Counted from the first letter of the stretch, positions 1 through 12,957 are shown. The stretch is 64,000 bases of DNA from Candidatus Saccharicenans subterraneus (GCA_003426165.1 QUAH01000008.1:23681-87680); one strand, 5' to 3'. Translations and numbers: made by a program. Notes: generated from the sequence alone by a model not told the origin.

Positions 1-858
1 CCTGGTTGTCCGGTAGGTGCAGCCGTAGCCGATGTAGGCCCCGCGGGGGACGGTCTTGATCTGGGCCACCCTGGCCCTCCAGCTCAGCACCGGTTTTAAC
101 TTCAGTGGCGACTGGCCACGAAGACGACAGGAGACCAGGGTTTCTTTAGACGGCCAGAGACCGTAAAGACCGATGCCCACCCGGGCCAGGTTAAAATAAG
201 TTTCCGGAAAAAGGATGGCCGCGGCCGAGCAGGACATGTGCCTTATTGGGACCTTGAAACCATTACTCTCCAAAAATTCTACAGCCTGCTTGAAGTTCTC
301 GAGCTGGTAGCGGGGATAGTAATCATCGGTGGTATCCTCGATATTGGCAAAGTGGGAAGAAATGCCTTCCAGCACCAGCTCCGGTTTTTTTTTGATCAGG
401 TTCAGAAAGCTGCCCAGCTTATTGAGTGCAATTCCCTGGCGGTTGGTTCCGGTCTCAATTTTTAGATGAACCAGAGCCGGCTTGTTCTGTTTCTTAGCTG
501 CGGCCGCCAGCACCTTCAGTGTTTCCAGGTTATAAACTGTCGACCTGAGTTCAGCCCGGACTGCTTCCTCCGCACCAGAAAGAGGCAGATACCCCAGGAT
601 GAGAATTTTCTGTTTGAAACCCTGCTGGCGCAGGCACAGGCCCTCCTCCAGGCTGTGCACTCCGAACCAATCGATTCCGCACTCGGCGGCCAGACCGGCA
701 ATCTCCAGCAGGCCATGACCGTAGGCATTGGCCTTGACCACCGCCAGCAACCCGGCCTGCCCCAGCCTGTTCTTGAACTCGAGGACATTGTGAAAAAAGG
801 CCTGGCGATTTATTTCCACCCACTGAACCGGGAATTTCTCGGTTTTGACTCTGGCCAC
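1..858 (-). CDS. alr: Alanine racemase, 3' end truncated by window edge
   Basis: Manual minus-strand translation from GTG at 858 (AGGAG upstream) gives ...LLAVVKANAYGHG (PLP-lysine motif) and near the edge PVLSWRARVAQIKTVPRGAYIGYGCTY; missing from the ORF track because no stop lies in the window. Confidence 0.93.
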   Translation of the reverse strand, partial: MARVKTEKFPVQWVEINRQAFFHNVLEFKNRLGQAGLLAVVKANAYGHGLLEIAGLAAECGIDWFGVHSLEEGLCLRQQGFKQKILILGYLPLSGAEEAVRAELRSTVYNLETLKVLAAAAKKQNKPALVHLKIETGTNRQGIALNKLGSFLNLIKKKPELVLEGISSHFANIEDTTDDYYPRYQLENFKQAVEFLESNGFKVPIRHMSCSAAAILFPETYFNLARVGIGLYGLWPSKETLVSCRLRGQSPLKLKPVLSWRARVAQIKTVPRGAYIGYGCTYRTTR

Positions 859-878
859 GGTAGTGCTCTCCTGAAACT

Positions 879-2201
879 TCAGTCCAGAACCTTGGCTTTT
901 TCTCCCAGAATCTTCTTGAATTCATCGCGCCGGCAAATGATGTCCTCCCGGTCAACGCCAGTGGAAATCAGCCCCACCCGGGTTTCCAGGGTGTCTTCCA
1001 GCCACTTCAGGTAGTCCAGGAATCCGGTCGGGAGCGCGGAAAAATCCCGGGCCCGGTGAATGGACCGGTCCCAGACCGGGAAGGTGCGGTATTCAGGTTC
1101 AACTTTTTCCAGAATCCAGGGTTCTGATGGGAAGTCCTTTATGACCGATCCCTTGTAACGGTAGGCCTGGCAGGCCCTGATTTCAGTCAGCTCTTCCAGG
1201 ACATCGGGCTTGGTCAGGGCAATCAGGTCCACCCCGTTGAGCCGGCAGGCATAACGAACGGCCACGGCATCAAACCAGCCACACCTCCTGGGGCGGCCGG
1301 TGGTGGCCCCGAACTCATCACCCTTGCTGGCAATGCGGGCCCCGGTTTCATCCTTGAGCTCGGTTGGAAACGGTCCGCTGCCCACCCTGGTGGTGTAAGC
1401 CTTGGTTATTCCCAGAACGGCGTTAACTTCCTTCGGGCTCAAACCCAGCCCGGTACAGACTCCGCCGGCGGTGCAGCTGGAAGAAGTGACAAAGGGATAG
1501 GTCCCGTGGTCGAGGTCCAGCAATGTACCCTGGGCCCCTTCAAACAGCACTGATTTTCCGGCCCTGATTTGCTTGGCCAGATACGCCGAAACATCAACCA
1601 CGTAGGGCGCCAGTTTTTCACCCAGGGCCTTATACTCATCAAGAATTGGCCCCACTGCCAGTGAAGGAAAGCCAAAGGCTTCAAAAATCCTGTTCTTCAG
1701 GGCCAGGCTGTCCTCGATTTTTTCCTTAAGGACCTCGGGCTCCAGCAGGTCGGCCACCCTTATTCCCCAGCGGGCGGCCTTGTCCTCGTAGCAGGGGCCA
1801 ATGCCCCGGCAGGTGGTACCGATCATTTTATCGCCGCGGCTCTGCTCGGCGATTTTTTCCAGCAGAGGATGGTAGGGCATGATGACCTGGGCCGACCGGC
1901 TGATCAGCAACCGCTCGGGCCTGACCTCCACTCCCAGAGATTTCAGGTCATCAATTTCTTTGAAAAAAGCCTGGGGACTTACCACCAGGCCATTGCCGAT
2001 GACGCAGACCTTATCCGGGTGAAGTATACCGGAGGGAATCAGGTGAAGGACAATCTTTTGACCGCGAAGATAAACAGTGTGGCCGGCATTGTGTCCGCCC
2101 TGGTAGCGGGCGATGATTTCAAAGGCCGGGGCCAGGAAATCGACTATCTTGCCCTTGCCTTCATCACCCCACTGGGTCCCGAGAACCAGAAGATTGGCCA
2201 T
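879..2201 (-). CDS. purA: Adenylosuccinate synthetase
   Basis: GTQWGDEGKGK, GGHNAGHT, EGAQG, TTGRPRRCGW motifs. Confidence 0.98.
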   Translation of the reverse strand: MANLLVLGTQWGDEGKGKIVDFLAPAFEIIARYQGGHNAGHTVYLRGQKIVLHLIPSGILHPDKVCVIGNGLVVSPQAFFKEIDDLKSLGVEVRPERLLISRSAQVIMPYHPLLEKIAEQSRGDKMIGTTCRGIGPCYEDKAARWGIRVADLLEPEVLKEKIEDSLALKNRIFEAFGFPSLAVGPILDEYKALGEKLAPYVVDVSAYLAKQIRAGKSVLFEGAQGTLLDLDHGTYPFVTSSSCTAGGVCTGLGLSPKEVNAVLGITKAYTTRVGSGPFPTELKDETGARIASKGDEFGATTGRPRRCGWFDAVAVRYACRLNGVDLIALTKPDVLEELTEIRACQAYRYKGSVIKDFPSEPWILEKVEPEYRTFPVWDRSIHRARDFSALPTGFLDYLKWLEDTLETRVGLISTGVDREDIICRRDEFKKILGEKAKVLD

Positions 2202-2289
2202 GTCTCTATCCTCAATAATTAATCCTCAAAATTAAGCCCGCAGAAAAACCCGCGCTATTCTACCAGATTTCCGAATGATCATAAAGCCT

Positions 2290-3303
2290 TCAGAAGGCCA
2301 GGCCGACCTGAACCAGAAGCACGTTGTCCTTCAGCTTCACATCTTTTTCTTTATTCCAGTCGTATTCCAGCTTGGCGTAAAAGTTAGAAGCCGCATCCCA
2401 CTTCAAACCAACGGCCGACCTGGTTTTCTTGACCATGGTATCGAGAAAGATGTTAAGCGGAGGAGCCCCATGGTCGTCAACCAGGTTCTGGGGCAGGTCC
2501 GACCTCTGGAAACTATAATAGAGGCGAAAACTCTTGAACAGCATGCTGACCGTCAGGTAATAGCCTTCAAAATTAAGCTTCTGATTCAGGGTGGGATGGT
2601 CATAGGCCGCCTGGATAAACTCGCCTCTCACTTCCCACTCCGGGGTCAGCCAGAGCAGGTCCAGGCCGCGGAACTGCACGTCCTTGGTTCCGTCGGGGTC
2701 GTATTTTCCGTTGTAAATCGACCCTCCGAGCTCAATCCCTTCCCCGAAACGCAGGCCCAGGCGGCCGCCCATGGCTTTGTCCTTATTTGGGTCGGTGAAC
2801 TTTGTTTCCAGGTAGCCCTGGCTGTCGGCCGATAGACCGTTTATTATGTAGGCTGAGTAATAAAAAATGGCATAGTTGCCCTGCAGGCAGATTCCCAGGT
2901 CATTCCAGCGGTATGGAAAAAAGTGGAAGACCAGGGGCCTGAAAACCGTGGGGTTTTCGTGGGGCCGGGCCGAGCGGTTGAAACGTCCGAAGGGAATCTC
3001 AAACAGTCCTGCCTTCAGACTGATCAGCTGGCTTCCCTGGAAGTTGATGAAGGCCTGGGCTAACTGGAAATTCTCATGGGAGGCCAGCCGTCCCTCGGCC
3101 AGGAAACTGAGGCTGCCATAAATGACTCCCGAGACAGCCAGGCCGCCGTTGAAATTGGCAAAGGTTCCCTTTGAATAGAGACCTTCCGGCTGACTTTTCA
3201 GGTACTCAAAAGAAAAATAGCCGCCGGCCTTAACCTGGGCGGCCAGGCTGGCTGACAGCCAGAAAAAACAGGCCAGCAGAGCTACAACTTTCCGCCTGGA
3301 CAT
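2290..3303 (-). CDS. Outer-membrane beta-barrel protein (OprO/OprP-like porin superfamily)
   Basis: Sec signal peptide, amphipathic strands, GLFEIPFGRFN loop, C-terminal Phe (VQVGLAF). Confidence 0.7.
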   Translation of the reverse strand: MSRRKVVALLACFFWLSASLAAQVKAGGYFSFEYLKSQPEGLYSKGTFANFNGGLAVSGVIYGSLSFLAEGRLASHENFQLAQAFINFQGSQLISLKAGLFEIPFGRFNRSARPHENPTVFRPLVFHFFPYRWNDLGICLQGNYAIFYYSAYIINGLSADSQGYLETKFTDPNKDKAMGGRLGLRFGEGIELGGSIYNGKYDPDGTKDVQFRGLDLLWLTPEWEVRGEFIQAAYDHPTLNQKLNFEGYYLTVSMLFKSFRLYYSFQRSDLPQNLVDDHGAPPLNIFLDTMVKKTRSAVGLKWDAASNFYAKLEYDWNKEKDVKLKDNVLLVQVGLAF

Positions 3304-3352
3304 GATTCACTCCTCTTAATCCGGTTATGATACTTCTTTATTTTTTATTTAT

Positions 3353-4570
3353 TCACGAATCCCGAAAAATCCGGGAAAAATCAAATTCCTCCTCCAGGAT
3401 AACGTTCTTGTATTCCCCGATTTTCCTGCCCGACTGGATCAACCGGCTGACTTCCTGGGTTCCCTTCTTGGTACCGAACCAGATGGCCCCAACCACCGAA
3501 TCTTCCTTCAGCACCAGTTTCTTGTACAGACCGGCCTCGGGTTTATAACTGGTCAGAATTTCATAGCCATCAGTCTCCGGGTTAACCAGCCCGATGGAGG
3601 TCAGGTAGATACCCATGACCTTGAGGGTGCTGGCCGGGATGGTGCCCTCGTATTTCTTGGCCTGGCCGCAGAGGTTGTAGGCCAGGGTCCGGGCCTGGTC
3701 AAAAGCTGCCGGGATAAGGCCATAGACTTTTCCCCGGTGCTCGGTCACGTCGCCGGCGGCATAGACCCGGTCGCAGCTGGTTCTTAAGTAGTCATCAACC
3801 AGCAGGCCGCGCCCGCAATCCAGGCCGGCCTCCCTGGCCAGGTCCAGCCTGGGCTTGACCCCAGAGGCGATGATGACTGCTCCGGCTGAAATGACCTCCC
3901 CATCCTTAAAACGGATCCCGCTCACCCGGCCGTCGCCGAGAATCTCGACCGCTTCCCGGCCGGTGATGAGATTGATGCCGAGACCCGCCAGGTGCAACCG
4001 CAGCAAGCCGGCCCCGGTTTCATCCAGCTGCCTTGGAAGCAGGCGACTGAAGACTTCAACCACGGTGATCTGCTTCAGTCCCCTGAGATTCAAAGCCCGG
4101 GCTATCTCCAGGCCGAGCAGTCCCCCACCGAGGATAACGATTTCTGGCCCGGAGCGGATAAAATCCAGCAATTCCAAAACATCGTCCAGAGTCCTGATGG
4201 TAAAAACTCCTTCCCGGTCAGCGCCCGGAAGGGGCGGGACGAAGGGACAGGCCCCGGTGGCCAGTACCAGCCGGTCGGCCTCCAGGCTGCTTCCATCCTC
4301 AAATTTCACGGCCGGTTTTTCGGGGTCAAGGCTGACCGCCTTCACTCCAAGCCTGACCTGCAGTTTCTGCCTCTCGGCCCAGCCCTCGGTAAAAGCAAAG
4401 ACTTTTTCCAGTGGAATCAGCCCGGCCAGGAAATCGATCAGGTTGGGCCGGGGATAATAAGGATGCTTTTCTTCTCCGACGATGATGATTTCGGCGGTCG
4501 AATCCAGCTCCCTGATAGTTTTCCCGCAGATGGTCCCGCTCAGGCCGTTACCCAGTATGACCACTCTCAT
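3353..4570 (-). CDS. FAD-dependent NAD(P)H oxidoreductase, probable NADH:rubredoxin oxidoreductase (NirB N-terminal-like)
   Basis: GNGLSG FAD motif, LATG, GGGLLGLE NAD motif, YAAGD; adjacent to rubredoxin. Confidence 0.85.
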   Translation of the reverse strand: MRVVILGNGLSGTICGKTIRELDSTAEIIIVGEEKHPYYPRPNLIDFLAGLIPLEKVFAFTEGWAERQKLQVRLGVKAVSLDPEKPAVKFEDGSSLEADRLVLATGACPFVPPLPGADREGVFTIRTLDDVLELLDFIRSGPEIVILGGGLLGLEIARALNLRGLKQITVVEVFSRLLPRQLDETGAGLLRLHLAGLGINLITGREAVEILGDGRVSGIRFKDGEVISAGAVIIASGVKPRLDLAREAGLDCGRGLLVDDYLRTSCDRVYAAGDVTEHRGKVYGLIPAAFDQARTLAYNLCGQAKKYEGTIPASTLKVMGIYLTSIGLVNPETDGYEILTSYKPEAGLYKKLVLKEDSVVGAIWFGTKKGTQEVSRLIQSGRKIGEYKNVILEEEFDFSRIFRDS

Positions 4571-4606
4571 CTGATAGCATCCAGCCGGGCCTTAGCCTTC
4601 CGGGCT

Positions 4607-4768
4607 TCAGCTCATTTTCTGAAAAAATTCCTTGCCCACCCCGCATTGCGGGCAGACCCAGTCATCGGGTAAAGACTCGAAGAGCGTGCCGGGCGGGATG
4701 TTGTTGTCCGGGTCTCCGAGTTCCGGGTCGTAGATGTAGCCGCAGGCAGCGCATTCCCATTTTTCCAT
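4607..4768 (-). CDS. Rubredoxin (53 aa)
   Basis: [15 protein letters not shown]...[11 protein letters not shown] with two CxxCG motifs; AGGAGG upstream of ATG at 4768. Confidence 0.96.
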   Translation of the reverse strand: MEKWECAACGYIYDPELGDPDNNIPPGTLFESLPDDWVCPQCGVGKEFFQKMS

Positions 4769-4817
4769 GATTGTCTGGCCTCCTTTCAATGATTCCTTAT
4801 TATAAACCACAATAGAA

Positions 4818-7001
4818 TTAAAACAACCGGAAAGTTGGTTCCCGGCCACCGGCGATTTCCAGCAGCTTTTCCTTCAGCCGGCAGTTTCTCTGAACCGGCC
4901 TGTCGTTCTTGATGGCGATGTGCAGGGCCCGGTAGGAACCTATGATGACGCTCAACTTGCGGGCCCTGGTCAGGGCCGTGTAGAACAGGTTTCTCTGCAG
5001 CATTATGTAGTGCTGGGTCAGCAGGGGCATGACCACGGCCTGGTATTCGTTGCCCTGGGCCTTGTGGACAGAGATGGCGTAGGCCAGCACCAAATCGGCC
5101 AGCTCGTCCTTCTCGTAAAAAATCAGCCGGCCATCAAAATCCACCAGCAGGCCGAACCGCTCCGGGTCCACCTGGACCACGGTTCCCAGGTCACCGTTGA
5201 AAACTTCCTTGTCGTAATCGTTCCGGATCTGCATGACCTTGTCCCGGACCCGGAATTCCTTCTGGCCGACCTTCAGCCCGGCCGTCCCGGGGTTGAGGAT
5301 CCTCTGCAGCTCCAGGTTGAGGTTATCCACCCCGGCCAGGCCCCGGTACATCGGGGTGATGACCTGAATCTGGGTGGAGAGGGGACTGAGATTAAGCCTC
5401 CTGGGAATGTTGTGCTGGCAGAGCTTCAGGATCAGCTTGAAAACTTTCTCCTCGTCTTCCTGGTGAAAGAAATAGAAATCGGATTCCGGGTCGTTGCGCC
5501 GCGGATAGACAAGAGACTGCCCCTGGTTGACCCGGTGGGCATTGACCACGATCAGGCTTTCCCCGGCCTGGCGGAAGATCTCATCGAGTCGGATGACTTC
5601 CACCAGCCCGGAATCGATCAAATCCCGGAGCAGGTTACCCGGGCCGACCGGCGGTAACTGGTCTTTATCCCCAACCAGTATCAACCGCATCTCCGGCGGG
5701 ACAGCTCGCAGCAGGTGGTACATCAGAGGCAGGTCAATCATGGAGACTTCATCAACGATGAGCGCTTCGCCCCGCAGCGGATGGTTCGGCCCTCTCTTGA
5801 ACCGGCCTTCCTTGGGCTGGAACTCCAGCAGCCGGTGGATGGTCTTGGCTTCCCGGCCGGTGGTTTCGGCCAGGCGCTTGGCCGCCCGCCCGGTTGGAGC
5901 CGCCAGAAGAATCTTTTTCTGCCAGCTCTCGAAAATCTCAACCATGGCCCGGACGATAGTGGTCTTACCGGTCCCGGGTCCGCCGGTGATGATGATGATC
6001 TTTTTCTGCAGGCTGCTGACGATGGCTTTTTTCTGCTGGTCGGAAAATTTCAGCCCGCTTTTCTTCTCGACTTCGGCTATTCGGTCTTCAGGGTCAAAGT
6101 CAGGAGCGGTTGCTGGCTGGGCAGCCATCCGGGAAATAATCCGGGCAACCTCTTGCTGGGCCTGGAAGAAAAATGGCAGGTACAGGGCCGACTGCCCATC
6201 GACAACCTCCCTGATCAGTGACCCGACTTCCAGCAGGTCATTCAGGGCCTGGTCAACCTTCTGCGGTTCAACCTCCAGTTCCTGGCAGCACTTCTCTTTT
6301 ACTTCTACCTCATCCGAGAAAACATGTCCCTGTTCGTTGTCTTTCTCCAGGAGGTAGAGAATGAAGGCCTTGACCCTTTCCGGAGAATCAGCAGGCAGAC
6401 CAAGCTTGAGGGCGATCTGGTCAGCGGTCTTGAAGCCCACCCCCCAGATGTCCAGGCAGAGCTGGTAGGGGTTGCGGCGCAGGACCTCAAACGCGGCCTG
6501 GCCGTAGGTGCGGTAAATCTTGTAAGCCAGGGTGGTCGAGATATTATGGGCCTGGAGGAAGATTATCAGGTCCCTGATTTCCTTGTGTTCTTCCCAGGAT
6601 TTTAATATTTCGGAGAATTTCTTTTCTCCAATCCCTTCCACCTGTTTCAATTTTTCCGGCGTCTCGTTTAAGATATCGACCGTCCGCTCTCCGAATTTCT
6701 TGACAATCCTCTGGGCCAGAACCGGACCGACCCCCCTGATCAAACCGGAAGCCAGAAACCTTTCCACTCCCCGGACCGAGGAGGGCAGGGTCAGGCTGAA
6801 CGATTCCATCTGGAACTGAAGGCCAAAACGGGCATTCTTTTCGCGGCGGCCGGTCAGCTTCAAACACTCACCGGGCGAAAGCGGCGGGAAGTTGCCGACC
6901 ACGGTGATCTCTTCGCTTTCGGTCTTTATCCTGAAAACGGTATAACCGTTCTCCGGGTTATAGAAAATTATCTGTTCTACCGTTCCTTCCAGGCATTCCA
7001 T
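4818..7001 (-). CDS. recD2: ATP-dependent RecD-like DNA helicase (RecD2, SF1B)
   Basis: N-terminal [12 protein letters not shown], HhH GVGP/GIGEK, Walker [41 protein letters not shown]; start moved to ATG 7001. Confidence 0.95.
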   Translation of the reverse strand: MECLEGTVEQIIFYNPENGYTVFRIKTESEEITVVGNFPPLSPGECLKLTGRREKNARFGLQFQMESFSLTLPSSVRGVERFLASGLIRGVGPVLAQRIVKKFGERTVDILNETPEKLKQVEGIGEKKFSEILKSWEEHKEIRDLIIFLQAHNISTTLAYKIYRTYGQAAFEVLRRNPYQLCLDIWGVGFKTADQIALKLGLPADSPERVKAFILYLLEKDNEQGHVFSDEVEVKEKCCQELEVEPQKVDQALNDLLEVGSLIREVVDGQSALYLPFFFQAQQEVARIISRMAAQPATAPDFDPEDRIAEVEKKSGLKFSDQQKKAIVSSLQKKIIIITGGPGTGKTTIVRAMVEIFESWQKKILLAAPTGRAAKRLAETTGREAKTIHRLLEFQPKEGRFKRGPNHPLRGEALIVDEVSMIDLPLMYHLLRAVPPEMRLILVGDKDQLPPVGPGNLLRDLIDSGLVEVIRLDEIFRQAGESLIVVNAHRVNQGQSLVYPRRNDPESDFYFFHQEDEEKVFKLILKLCQHNIPRRLNLSPLSTQIQVITPMYRGLAGVDNLNLELQRILNPGTAGLKVGQKEFRVRDKVMQIRNDYDKEVFNGDLGTVVQVDPERFGLLVDFDGRLIFYEKDELADLVLAYAISVHKAQGNEYQAVVMPLLTQHYIMLQRNLFYTALTRARKLSVIIGSYRALHIAIKNDRPVQRNCRLKEKLLEIAGGREPTFRLF

Positions 7002-7029
7002 GAGTTTTAAGACACTCCGCCCTTTAATC

Positions 7030-7827
7030 CTATTCCGCTTTGAGCACGACCGGGTCACCCGGCTCCAGTCCCAGCAGCTCGGCTGCCGGCTTCTTGTATA
7101 ACGCAATTTCCAGCAGTCCCAGGCTATTGATGATGAAAAACGGCCGGTCCGAACCGGCCGAAGAATAGGCAGCAGCCATTTCAGATATTTTCTTTTTCCC
7201 GGCCAGGAGGAGGAGGTTGGCCCCGCGGTTTTTAGTCAGAAATTGGGCTATTAATTCCTGGCTGAGATTGGTGATCAGGTTCCCGAACCGGTCACGGTAA
7301 AGAATCTGTCCCTGGATTTCCCGGTTTCCAGGCTGCGGCTCCGGCAGTTCCAGCCTCCGGGGATTTCTGACCGGCTGGCCCAGCTCGGAAGCGGGAACCC
7401 CCAGGCTCAGCCAGGCGGCCACCGGGGCCATCTTGTCCCGGCCTTCGAAGCTGGACCTGCGGTCGGTTAGGAAGTGTTCCCGGTCTCTGAGTTCAAATAT
7501 TTCAGGATTCTCCTGTCTCAAGACCAGCGACAGGACCCCGTTATCGGGGGCGATAAAAGAATAGCGCTGGCTTCTGGCCAGCAGGAGGCGACGTTCGCTG
7601 CCCACTTCAGGGTCGACCACGGACAGGAAAATAGTGCCGCCCGGAAAGAACCGGTAGCAGGCCCAGAGGATGAAGGCTGCTGCCTTCAGGTCATATTCGG
7701 GGACTTCATGGCAGATATCGATGATGGTGCAATCCGGGTTTATGGAGAGTATGACTCCCTTAAGAGAGGCGACAAAATAATCCCGCGTGCCAAAATCGGT
7801 CAGCAGCGCGATACAGCTCTTGCCCAT
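7030..7827 (-). CDS. SAM hydroxide adenosyltransferase / SAM-dependent halogenase family (DUF62)
   Basis: LLTDFG, VVDPEVG, APDNG, FEGRD, DRFGNLITN motifs. Confidence 0.9.
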   Translation of the reverse strand: MGKSCIALLTDFGTRDYFVASLKGVILSINPDCTIIDICHEVPEYDLKAAAFILWACYRFFPGGTIFLSVVDPEVGSERRLLLARSQRYSFIAPDNGVLSLVLRQENPEIFELRDREHFLTDRRSSFEGRDKMAPVAAWLSLGVPASELGQPVRNPRRLELPEPQPGNREIQGQILYRDRFGNLITNLSQELIAQFLTKNRGANLLLLAGKKKISEMAAAYSSAGSDRPFFIINSLGLLEIALYKKPAAELLGLEPGDPVVLKAE

Positions 7828-7905
7828 TCGCTTTCAAGTTCCGGTCGGAATAATCTTATTGCAGAAGCCGGGAGGGGTCAATATTTTTCCGGTTGACAAT
7901 CGCGC

Positions 7906-8655
7906 TCAGAAGATAACCTTGAGCATCCGCTTCCAGCGGGTCTTGAAGATGAAGCGTAAGAATTTCCTGACCCGGTCCTTAACCCCGTTTTTCTGGTAAG
8001 CGTCTTTTTCCGCTTCGTAGGAAAAATAGATCAGCCAGGGGCGGCCCTTGATGTAGGAAGTTGGCAGGAAGCTCCAGTAGCGACTGTCCAGGCTATTATC
8101 ACGGTTATCGCCCATGACAAAGACATGGCCGGGCGGCACCACCACCGGTCCGTAATTATCCCGGATGACATCGTCATACTGGTAAAAATTGCCCTTCTGA
8201 AATATCTGGGAATCATTATGGACCTTGTACCGCTCTTCCAGTGGCCGGTCGTTGATGAAAACTTCCTTGTCCTTGATCTCGACCTTTTCCCCTTCCAGGG
8301 CAATGACCCGCTTGACAAAATCCTTGCTCAGGTCTCTGGGCCATTTGAAGACCACGATGTCCTGACGTTCCAGCTTCTTGGAAGGAAGGACAAAAGCTTC
8401 CAGAGCTCCCTGGGGTCGGGCATAGACAAACTTGTTGACCAGGAGAAAGTCCCCGACGAGCAGGGTGGGTTCCATCGAGCCGGTGGGAATCTGGAAGGCC
8501 TGGACCACGTAGGTCATAACAAAGAACACGAAAACGGCCGTTTCGGCAATCAGTTCGAAATACTCGCGAAACAGGCTTTTCTCTCTTTTAGGCTTTTTCT
8601 CCTGTTCCTTGATTTCTTCCACTTCGCGGTCGAACTTTTTACCAAGCATTACCAT
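7906..8655 (-). CDS. lepB: Signal peptidase I
   Basis: IPTGSMEPTL (Ser), FVKRVI (Lys), MGDNRDNSLDSR; start approximate (ATG 8655 or 8649). Confidence 0.95.
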   Translation of the reverse strand: MVMLGKKFDREVEEIKEQEKKPKREKSLFREYFELIAETAVFVFFVMTYVVQAFQIPTGSMEPTLLVGDFLLVNKFVYARPQGALEAFVLPSKKLERQDIVVFKWPRDLSKDFVKRVIALEGEKVEIKDKEVFINDRPLEERYKVHNDSQIFQKGNFYQYDDVIRDNYGPVVVPPGHVFVMGDNRDNSLDSRYWSFLPTSYIKGRPWLIYFSYEAEKDAYQKNGVKDRVRKFLRFIFKTRWKRMLKVIF

Positions 8656-8799
8656 CGCATTCTTCCTTAATTTTCTGTTAATATACTCTAAATCCGGCCG
8701 CCGTTCAACCGGCAACGACTCCCCCGGGCCGCCCCCCGGTAAGAGAGCGAAGACGATTAAGGCTTATATAATATAAAGGAATATCAGCTCCAAATCGGC

Positions 8800-8828
8800 T
8801 TGACAGATTGCCGGATAAGGTTTTTACT
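8800..8828 (+). promoter_or_regulatory. Putative sigma70 promoter for ychF-like/tgt operon
   Basis: TTGACA(8800-8805)-17 nt-TTTACT(8823-8828), 6 nt before ATG. Confidence 0.55.
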
Positions 8829-8834
8829 TAAAAC

Positions 8835-11026
<2,192 letters not shown>

Positions 11027-11035
11027 GATACAGAA

Positions 11036-11383
11036 ATGAGTTTTTTAACCTTATTCAGCGTTTCCGGGCAGCAATCCGCTCCCGCCGGCCAGGGCAACAT
11101 GCTGGTGGGGCTTCTGCCCTTCATCTTGGTTTTTGTCATTTTCTACCTCCTGATCATCATGCCCCAGAGGAAAAAACAGAAACAGCACCAGCAGATGGTG
11201 GCCAACCTGAAGCCTGGTGACCGCATCATCACCAGCGGCGGCATTTTCGGCACGGTCATGGACGTTCACCCGGACCGGATCGAGCTCAAGATTGCGGCCA
11301 ACGTCAAGGTTGACATCCTCAAGAGCGCCGTGGCCATCATTCTGACCGACAAGGAAAAAACCGAGACCAAGGAATCCACCTGA
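11036..11383 (+). CDS. yajC: Preprotein translocase subunit YajC
   Basis: FYLLIIMPQRKKQK, GDRIITSGGIFG; tgt-yajC-secDF synteny. Confidence 0.95.
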   Translation: MSFLTLFSVSGQQSAPAGQGNMLVGLLPFILVFVIFYLLIIMPQRKKQKQHQQMVANLKPGDRIITSGGIFGTVMDVHPDRIELKIAANVKVDILKSAVAIILTDKEKTETKEST

Positions 11384-11420
11384 TTTTTTCTTAACAAATC
11401 CAGCAGAGAGATAGGTCAAG

Positions 11421-12956
11421 ATGAAAAAGAACCTTCAATGGAAACTGGCTATCATCGTCGTGGTTATCGGGCTTTGCCTCTTTCTGATCTACCCCCCGAA
11501 AGATAAGATCAAGCTGGGCCTGGACCTCAAGGGCGGAACCCACCTGGTTCTCCAGGTCCTGACCGAAGATGCGGTCAACGTTGAAACCGACCAGCAGCTG
11601 TCACGGTTCGAGGAAGTCTTCAAGAAAAACAACATTACCTACCTGGAGGCCAACAAGGAAAAGCCCGGCCGTTTTTATTTCAGGGGCATACCGGTTGACC
11701 AGGAAGGAAAAGCCAGGGACCTCATCGACCAGTATACCAGGGACTGGGATTACTCCTTCAGCGGCGACCGGTTGACTTTCAACCTGAAGATGGTGGCCGC
11801 CCAGTACCTCAGGGACCTGGCCGTGACCCAGACCCTGGAGACCATCCGGAACAGAATTGACCAGTTCGGCGTGGCCGAGCCGGTCATCCAGAGGCAGGGC
11901 TCGGACCGAATAGTGGTGGAACTCCCGGGCATTGAAGACCCGGACCGCGTCAAGAACCTGATCAAGGTGACCGCCGTCCTGGAATTCAAGCTGGTCAAGG
12001 CCGGCCCGGCCCCGGACGAGGAAACCCTGCTCCGGGACTTCGGGGGTAAGGTGCCGGAAGATGCCGAGGTGGTCAGGTCCGACCCCAAGCGTGGGACCCA
12101 GGGCTATTACCTGGTCAGCAAGGTGGCCACGGTAACCGGCAAGGACCTCAGGACCGTCAGGCGGGGAGTTGACGAATGGAATAACCCGGCCGTGCATTTT
12201 ACCCTTAACCCGGACGGGGCCAAGAGGTTTGAACAGGTCACCGGAGCCAACATCGGCAAGCAGCTGGCCATCATCCTGGATGGTCGCCTGCAATCGGCGC
12301 CGGTCATAGAAGCCAGGATTTCCGATTCAGGGATCATCCAGGGAAGGTTCACCCCCGAAGAAGCCGATGACCTGGTGGTTATCCTCAAGGCCGGAGCGCT
12401 GCCGGCCGGCATCAAGTACCTGGAAGAAAGAACCGTGGGGCCATCCCTGGGCTCAGATTCGGTCCGACAGGGCCTGATGGCCGGGCTGGTGGCCATTTTT
12501 GCCGTCATGGTCTTCATGATCTTCTACTATCGTCTCTCTGGCCTGAATGCCATTACCGCCCTTATCCTGAATGAAATCATAATCTTCGGAGCCATGGGCT
12601 ATTTCAAAGCGACTCTAACCCTGCCCGGCATTGCCGGTATCATCCTGGGCATCGGCATGGCCGTGGATGCCAACGTTCTTATCTTTGAGAGAATAAAGGA
12701 AGAAATAGCGGTCGGGAAGAATATTACCAGCTCCATCGCCACCGGTTTTTCCCGGGCCTTTTCGGCCATCTTCGACTCCAACCTGACCACCATAATTTCG
12801 GCCGTCTTCCTTTTCCAGTTCGGAACGGGCCCCATTAAAGGTTACGCGGTAACGCTGATCTGCAGCCTGGTGGCCAACCTGTTCACGGCGGTCTTCGTTT
12901 CCAGGTTTATCTTCGATGCCTTTGTACCAACTAACGCCAAGAGGTTGAGTATCTAA
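11421..12956 (+). CDS. secD: Protein translocase subunit SecD
   Basis: LGLDLKGG, RNRIDQFGVAEP, VGPSLG, GMAVDANVLIFERIKEE. Confidence 0.97.
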   Translation: MKKNLQWKLAIIVVVIGLCLFLIYPPKDKIKLGLDLKGGTHLVLQVLTEDAVNVETDQQLSRFEEVFKKNNITYLEANKEKPGRFYFRGIPVDQEGKARDLIDQYTRDWDYSFSGDRLTFNLKMVAAQYLRDLAVTQTLETIRNRIDQFGVAEPVIQRQGSDRIVVELPGIEDPDRVKNLIKVTAVLEFKLVKAGPAPDEETLLRDFGGKVPEDAEVVRSDPKRGTQGYYLVSKVATVTGKDLRTVRRGVDEWNNPAVHFTLNPDGAKRFEQVTGANIGKQLAIILDGRLQSAPVIEARISDSGIIQGRFTPEEADDLVVILKAGALPAGIKYLEERTVGPSLGSDSVRQGLMAGLVAIFAVMVFMIFYYRLSGLNAITALILNEIIIFGAMGYFKATLTLPGIAGIILGIGMAVDANVLIFERIKEEIAVGKNITSSIATGFSRAFSAIFDSNLTTIISAVFLFQFGTGPIKGYAVTLICSLVANLFTAVFVSRFIFDAFVPTNAKRLSI

Positions 12957-12957
12957 A

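Noticed and set aside
238-1014. Plus-strand ORFs 238-465 and 466-1014
   Set aside because: Antisense shadows of alr, which is clearly encoded on the minus strand
7002-7106. N-terminal extension of RecD2 in the ORF track
   Set aside because: Overlaps the upstream gene; family similarity starts at MECLEGTVE, with GGAG upstream
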